A stretch of 43,454 bases of DNA from Octopus sinensis (taxonomy: Eukaryota): NCBI RefSeq assembly GCF_006345805.1, contig NW_021835090.1, positions 1-43,454 on the forward strand, written 5' to 3'. The stretch's first letter is position 1. The number at the start of each line of letters is the position of its first letter. This document shows, in pieces, positions 37,661 through 43,454 of the stretch. The notes under the pieces were generated by a model. That model did not search any database, was not told the origin of the DNA, and saw nothing but the letters and a program-made list of their open reading frames with translations. The position numbers were made by a program, and so were the translations under genes.

Positions 37661-38314
37661 CTATCTTATATATATATATATATACTTGTATGAATGTATA
37701 TGTATGCATATGTTCCCTTTTGTTTTAATTTATTTGCAATCTTCCTTTGAGGAAGGTACTGGTTTCCAACAAGGATACAATTTTCCATCTTTGAAATGCA
37801 AATGACAAGATTAGTGTCACATTTTAAATTGAAAAAAAGTTTCGCATAATTTTACTCTTCCAATAACAATGTATTTGCACTGGTTGGTAGATTTCTTTTC
37901 AGAAAAACTTTGCATTATCCAGCCTGTCACTTAGGCAGTTACTCACAAAGCTAAGTGAGTGAACTAGTTATTATTGGTATAAATTTAAATTTGTAATCTG
38001 GGTGAAGAAGCTGAATGTTTCCAAGCAGTTGTCTATTGTTACCCTCTTTCACTTTCGTTTCCAAACTACTGTTCTCGTCTGCAGGTCAAAAGGTAAAGTT
38101 CCGATTTCTCAACATACGTAAAAATATATAACTAAAGGCGGTTCTCTCCTCTTCGTAAGCACATTTACTAAACAATGACAGCAGTTTCCAGTCAAACAAC
38201 GTAGTGCATATGTGTGTTTGTGTGTGTGCGTACGTTTGTGTGTGTGCCTGTGTGTGAGTATAAACATGAATGTGTGTTTGTGCTGCTGTATATGTGTGTA
38301 TGGATGAGTCTGAG

Positions 38315-38510
38315 TGTGTGTTTGTTCCAGGCTAATGCTTGACAAGTGTTGCATGTTTGCTTACGACTCCGTAGCTTATCGGTTCGACAAAAACGGCAAT
38401 AGAATAAGTTAAAGATTTAAATGAATTATTGGGGCAGATATATTCTACTGAAACATTCAAGACGTTTCCATTGCATGGTAACAATCCAAATACGGAAACA
38501 AGCAAAAGCG
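38315..38510 (+). mobile_element. Old family A-type 3' half
   Basis: gcttgacaag...cttatcggttcgacaaaa...atagaataag. Confidence 0.55.
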
Positions 38511-38723
38511 AAACGGTAATTAGCGATGGAAATCGTATGCATAAAGAAAGCCAATTCTAAAATTAACACACAAACGGAAACAAGCTGAAAACGAAATAGA
38601 TATGTAAACGATGAAATATTAGACACACGAGCGCATTTCTTGGTCCTGCGAGTATTTTCCAAGAAGTTGCATTAACAAAAGTCTCATGAAATCAAGTTTC
38701 TCTACTATTCACGGGATAGTTAT

Positions 38724-38925
38724 TCTTTTCTTTTTTCTTTTACATGTTTCAGTCATTTCGACTGCGGCCATGCTGGAGCACCGCCTTTAGTCGAGCAAAT
38801 CGACCCCGGGACTTATTCTTATAAGCCCAGTACTTATTCTATCGGTCTTTTTGCCCGAACCGCTAAGTGACGGGGACATAAACACACCAGCATCGGGTCA
38901 AGCAATGCTAGGGGGACAAACACAG

Positions 38926-39007
<82 letters not shown>

Positions 39008-39167
39008 CATATATACGACAGGCTTCTTTCATTTTCCGTCTACTAAATCCACTCACAAGGCATTGGTCGGCCCGGCGCTATAGCAGAAGACACTTGCCCA
39101 AGATGCCACGCAGTGGGACTGAACCCGGAACCATGTGGCTGGTTAGCAAGCTACTTACCACACAGCC
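38724..39167 (-). mobile_element. SINE family A with internal (CA)n(TA)n
   Basis: Near full-length reverse-complement match. Confidence 0.92.
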
Positions 39168-39382
39168 TATGAAAATGAGACCGTGAGTGTTTAGAAAAGA
39201 TGATAATGCTTTTAAGAAATTAACATTTTTATTCTAAAAAGATGAGCAAAAATCTCAGTTATGATGACCCATGAAAATAAACGTCTATGCCAAAAGTAAT
39301 GTCTATGCCAAAATAGAACAGACATGATATCACAAATCGTCGAAAACGGTGGCATCTTTTAACATATCTTGTTATGCGTTTA

Positions 39383-39560
39383 TACTTTTACTTGTTGCAG
39401 CCCTTCAGCTACAGCCAATCTACAGCAACACCCGAAGGGGTTTTGGTCGAGAAAATTGGCAATAAGACTTATTCTTTGTACGTCAGTATCTTTGGCTGCA
39501 CCGCTAGGTTACGGGCATGTAAACACACCAACATCAATTGTCAATTGATGGTCACACACG
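39383..39560 (-). mobile_element. Decayed family A 3' half
   Basis: cttttacttgtt...acttattctttgta...gtaaacacaccaacatc. Confidence 0.6.
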
Positions 39561-40221
39561 CATACATACATATATATATACAAACGTATATATATATATA
39601 TATATATAAATATATATATATATACACACGTATATATATATGTATGTATGTGTATATATAATAAATAATAAATATTATAATATATATATATATATATGTA
39701 TCCAAGCTTCAGAATTTTTCCCCTCTACTAATTCAGGAATAATACAACGTGTAGCCAACGAATAAGGTAGAGAGACTCACTTTATTACAAAATAAAGACC
39801 CCTTTTGAACGAGTCTACAACAAACGACATATCCAGCACAGCCTTAGAATAACACAAACACAAACGCAAATATTAAAAATGATACACTCAAGAGATTCCC
39901 AAGAATTCGTTAAAAACAGTCCCAACCATTGCTATAATCCATATCGGGTCACTTTTAGGTCACGTGACTATATAATATCCTACTACCATATAACTACCTG
40001 TATTCCTTCTAATTCTCCCTTCTTCTTCTTCTTCTTCTTCTTCTTCTTCTTCTTCCCTACCAAGAATTCACAATGACCTCAAGTCCACAAGAGTAAACAA
40101 GAGAGAAAGAGAAGGCAGAAACATGGAAAATGCCACTTGTATTTGAACACTATGCATTGCAAATATTCTTGAAAAAACCACTTTTCTTTTAATATTTAAA
40201 AAATTTTATTGTAATCCATAG

Positions 40222-40313
40222 TTACAGTTGAAAAAGTATCAATGACTGAAACCGGTAATGAAATGTTTGTTATAAAATAAATTTAGCAATTTCTACCTTG
40301 ATGTTTTCCATAG

Positions 40314-40315
<2 letters not shown>
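40222..40315 (+). ncRNA. Degenerate minimal hammerhead motif in a short TA-adjacent insert
   Basis: TTGAAAA-AGTa tcaat gACT-GAAAC-CG-GTA^atg; palindromic ACCGGT stem III; two core mismatches. Confidence 0.45.
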
Positions 40316-40359
<44 letters not shown>

Positions 40360-40494
40360 GCATACATGGGTACAGGAGGTCGCCAACGGTGCAAATAACA
40401 TGGAATGCGTAAACAACAAGACAAAAATGGAAAACAGGACAAGATAACACACAAAAAGGACACTTCGTCAGTTGTCGCCCGTCTATCTAATCCT

Positions 40495-40535
<41 letters not shown>

Positions 40536-40579
40536 TATATATATATATATATATATATGTATATTAAAATATATATATA

Positions 40580-40740
40580 TACGACTGGCTACTTAGAGTT
40601 TCGTCTATCAGATTCACTCACAAGTGTGTTGGTCGGCCCGGAGCTATAGTCGAAGACACTGGCCAAGGTGCTACGCAGTAGGACTGAAGCTGGAACCGTG
40701 TTTTGGGAAGCAAAGTTCTTACCATACAGCCACTCATACG
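40580..40740 (-). mobile_element. Family A 5' half
   Basis: Reverse-complement match to the A head and CORE-like part. Confidence 0.8.
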
Positions 40741-40743
40741 TAC

Positions 40744-40775
<32 letters not shown>

Positions 40776-41574
40776 TATATACATATTGGCTACATTGTAT
40801 TGAAAGATATTCCATTTCAAATATATAACCATAAAACACTCGTAATCACACTTCATGTCTTATGTCTGATTACAGTTTTGCTATGCAAGACTAAGCAGTG
40901 ATACGTGTCAAAGTGATTTAAAGCTGCTTAGAAATACCATAATTATACAAAACAATAGTAGAAATACGAAATAACGACATTTTCGAAATTTATGCTACAT
41001 ATCAGATGCACATTTCTAGTAGTTTCACCCAACGGATATATTTAAGAGAATAAATGTGAAAATATAGCCTTTTCGCCCTGAAAGGAATAAATGTCTGCGT
41101 GTGTCTGTGATTATACAAATATATTTGTATATATAAACTTACATATATAAACTTATAAATGCATACATATTTACTCACACTCTCACACAAGCGCCGTATG
41201 CTCAGACGTACACACATGTCAAGGACTCTTCTATTGTACATAACTGACAGATGAGGGCTTTTTGCAGTCGCTTGCTGAATAAACTACACAGATGATTTGT
41301 TTGCTGCGATCAAATGACTTTCTCTGCACATTGACTGATTGACTGCCAACATCAAATCGTCATTGGTTGTACACTTTCAGACTGTACCACGTGACATTTG
41401 ACGAAGTGGTTGCACAGCAACGTGAGATGCTGTGTTTTGATGTGTTGCTGAATCTTTCTGGGGGGACCCACAACCAGGCACACATGCGAATTTCTTAATC
41501 TGACCTTTTTATTTCCGTACATACGCATATATAATACGTATATTTATGCAACGTTATGCACGTACATATATTTA

Positions 41575-41628
<54 letters not shown>

Positions 41629-41651
41629 TATATAATATGATATACATACTA

Positions 41652-41760
41652 CTCGAAACGTAAAAGACTTTTTCTATTCCTGAGCGCTATACTAATACAA
41701 TTGTTTGTTTGTACACCACCTGCCTTTGTCTTTTGTTTATTTTCGTAAACTTTCCCTTTA
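41652..41760 (+). mobile_element. 5'-truncated PLE-type terminal-repeat piece between (TA)n tracts
   Basis: ctc-GAAAC-GTA-aaagac...; homologous to 2307-2443 (minus strand). Confidence 0.55.
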
Positions 41761-41812
41761 TATATATACATATGCGTACACACTTACAGAGACTAATATA
41801 TACACTTATGCA

Positions 41813-41845
<33 letters not shown>

Positions 41846-41940
41846 TCTCGCATTTGTGGGTATATATACATACCCACACCCATACTCATAGATAGGTTAA
41901 TAAACCTACCAATTTGACTTTAAGTTTATATATATATATT

Positions 41941-42155
41941 CTCTTATTCTTTTACTTGTTTACTATTCTTTTACTTTAACTGCGACCATGCTGGAGTAAG
42001 GCCTTTAGTCGAGCAAATCGACCCCTGGACTTAATCTTTGTAAGCCTAGTACATTTTCTATGGGTCTCTTTTGCCGAACCTCTAGCTTACAGGAACCTAA
42101 ACACACCACCATCGTTTGTCAAGCAATGTTGGGGGTACCAAATACAGATTCACAC
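41941..42155 (-). mobile_element. Family A 3' half
   Basis: Reverse-complement match. Confidence 0.85.
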
Positions 42156-42249
42156 ATATATATGTGTCTGTATGTGTGTGTGTGCGTTTGTGTGTGTGTG
42201 CGTTTGTGTGTGTGTGTATATGCATGTGTGTATGTGTGTGTGTATAGGT

Positions 42250-42460
42250 TTGTGTGTCTCTGTTTGTTACCCCAACATCACTTAACAACCGATGGGGGTG
42301 TGTTTACGTCCCCGAAACTTAGCGGTTCGGCAAAAAGAGACCGATTGAATAAGTACTAGGCCTACAAAGAATAGGTCCTGGGGGTCGATTTGCTCGAGTA
42401 AAGGCGGTGCTCCAGTATGGCCGCAGTCAAATGACTGAAACACGTAAAAGAGTATAAGAG
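42250..42460 (+). mobile_element. Family A 3' half
   Basis: Direct match; inverted relative to 41941-42155. Confidence 0.88.
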
Positions 42461-42462
42461 TA

Positions 42463-42468
42463 GATAGT

Positions 42469-42547
<79 letters not shown>

Positions 42548-42572
42548 AGATAGATAGATAGATAGATAGATA
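42463..42572. repeat. (GATA)n microsatellite
   Basis: Direct reading. Confidence 0.97.
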
Positions 42573-43018
42573 CATAACTTACCTGAAACTCCTATAAACG
42601 CACAGACGAAACTCACAATAGCTAGTGATTGATTCGACTAAATGAAATACACGATTAATCTCTACAATGGTATCGTAAAAATATGTTTTCCGTGAGTGAA
42701 CACTATACGTGTATGAATTAGTGATAAAGATCTGATATATATATCAGGTGATAGCAAAGAACAATCATATAGGGCTTTTAGCATATTATTAATTGCCACT
42801 TTGTTTTTGACGACATTGCACGGTAAATTTTCTTTGCAGTTTTGTGTATTATCGTGGCACTTTATCAGACTTCCATTAAAAAGGGGGCGATCTTATTTAT
42901 ATTGTAAGGTTGTCAAGTGTTATATGTTGGTTATGTGATGAGGAAACAATAAGCACAAAGTAGAACGAAAATTGTTAAATAATGGACAGGACCTAGCCGA
43001 TAGCATCAAGAAATTATA

Positions 43019-43094
43019 AGGAGGAGGAGGAGGAGGAGGAGAAGAAGAAGAAGAAGAAGAAGAAGAAGAAGAAGAAGAAGAAGAAGAAGAAGAA
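43019..43094. repeat. (GGA)n(GAA)n purine tract
   Basis: Direct reading. Confidence 0.95.
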
Positions 43095-43099
43095 ATAGT

Positions 43100-43440
43100 G
43101 TAAATTTGTGGACAGAAGTTTGCTTCCCAACTACATGGTTGCAGGTTCAATCTCAGTGAGTGGCACATGTGTTTTCCACTATACTCTCAGGTCGACTAAA
43201 GACTTTTGAGTGGACTTGGTATACAGAAAGTAAAAGAAGCCAGGGTCGATATGTGTGTGTTTCCCACCTCAGCTTTATAACCGGTGTTGTTCTGTTTACG
43301 CCCAGCTATAATAGTGTTTGGGGTAAATACAACGATAGAATAAGTCACTGGTTTTGAAAAATAATTAAGTACTGGGATCGATTCAGTCGACAAGAAATTA
43401 TTTCAAGGAGGTGCCGTAGCATGGCCACAAACTAAATACC
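43100..43440 (+). mobile_element. Old, diverged family A-type SINE
   Basis: Colinear degenerate match: caggttcaatc...gagtggacttggta...gatagaataag...gcatggccac. Confidence 0.7.
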
Positions 43441-43454
43441 TAAAGCGAGTTAAA

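Larger units (their letters stand above)
37170..37667 (-). mobile_element. Penelope-like retroelement 3' remnant (endonuclease fragment + hammerhead), flanked by (TA)n
   Basis: GIY-YIG-like translation followed about 160 nt downstream by an HHR motif, which is the known PLE arrangement. Confidence 0.85.

Noticed and set aside
41380-41500. Possible plus-strand exon (LYHVTFDEVVAQQREMLCFDVLLNLSGG)
   Set aside because: An acceptor-like site is present, but there is no canonical GT donor before the stop and no recognised homology.

Overview
This is AT-rich, repeat-dominated eukaryotic DNA. The SINE set and the microsatellite load look like octopus (cephalopod) genomic DNA, but that assignment is an inference. 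No complete protein-coding gene is supported, and almost all ORF-track entries are translations of microsatellites or SINEs. The window contains: (1) about 40 copies or fragments of tRNA-derived SINEs, labelled here by my own names. Family A carries an internal microsatellite. Family B forms head-to-tail arrays. Heads C and D are combined with interchangeable tails X, Y and Z. (2) Many (TA)n, (CA)n, (GATA)n and (CT)n tracts, plus one higher-order repeat. (3) An old MITE-like inverted-repeat element interrupted by a SINE. (4) A Penelope-like element (PLE) 3' remnant with a broken GIY-YIG endonuclease and a hammerhead ribozyme (HHR) motif. (5) About ten short HHR-bearing or fold-back inserts sitting in (TA)n tracts. 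The most striking structure is at 31856-32344. There, a 363-bp copy of nearby DNA (source 30056-30418) lies between two identical, inverted 65-bp arms, each containing a complete type I hammerhead fold.
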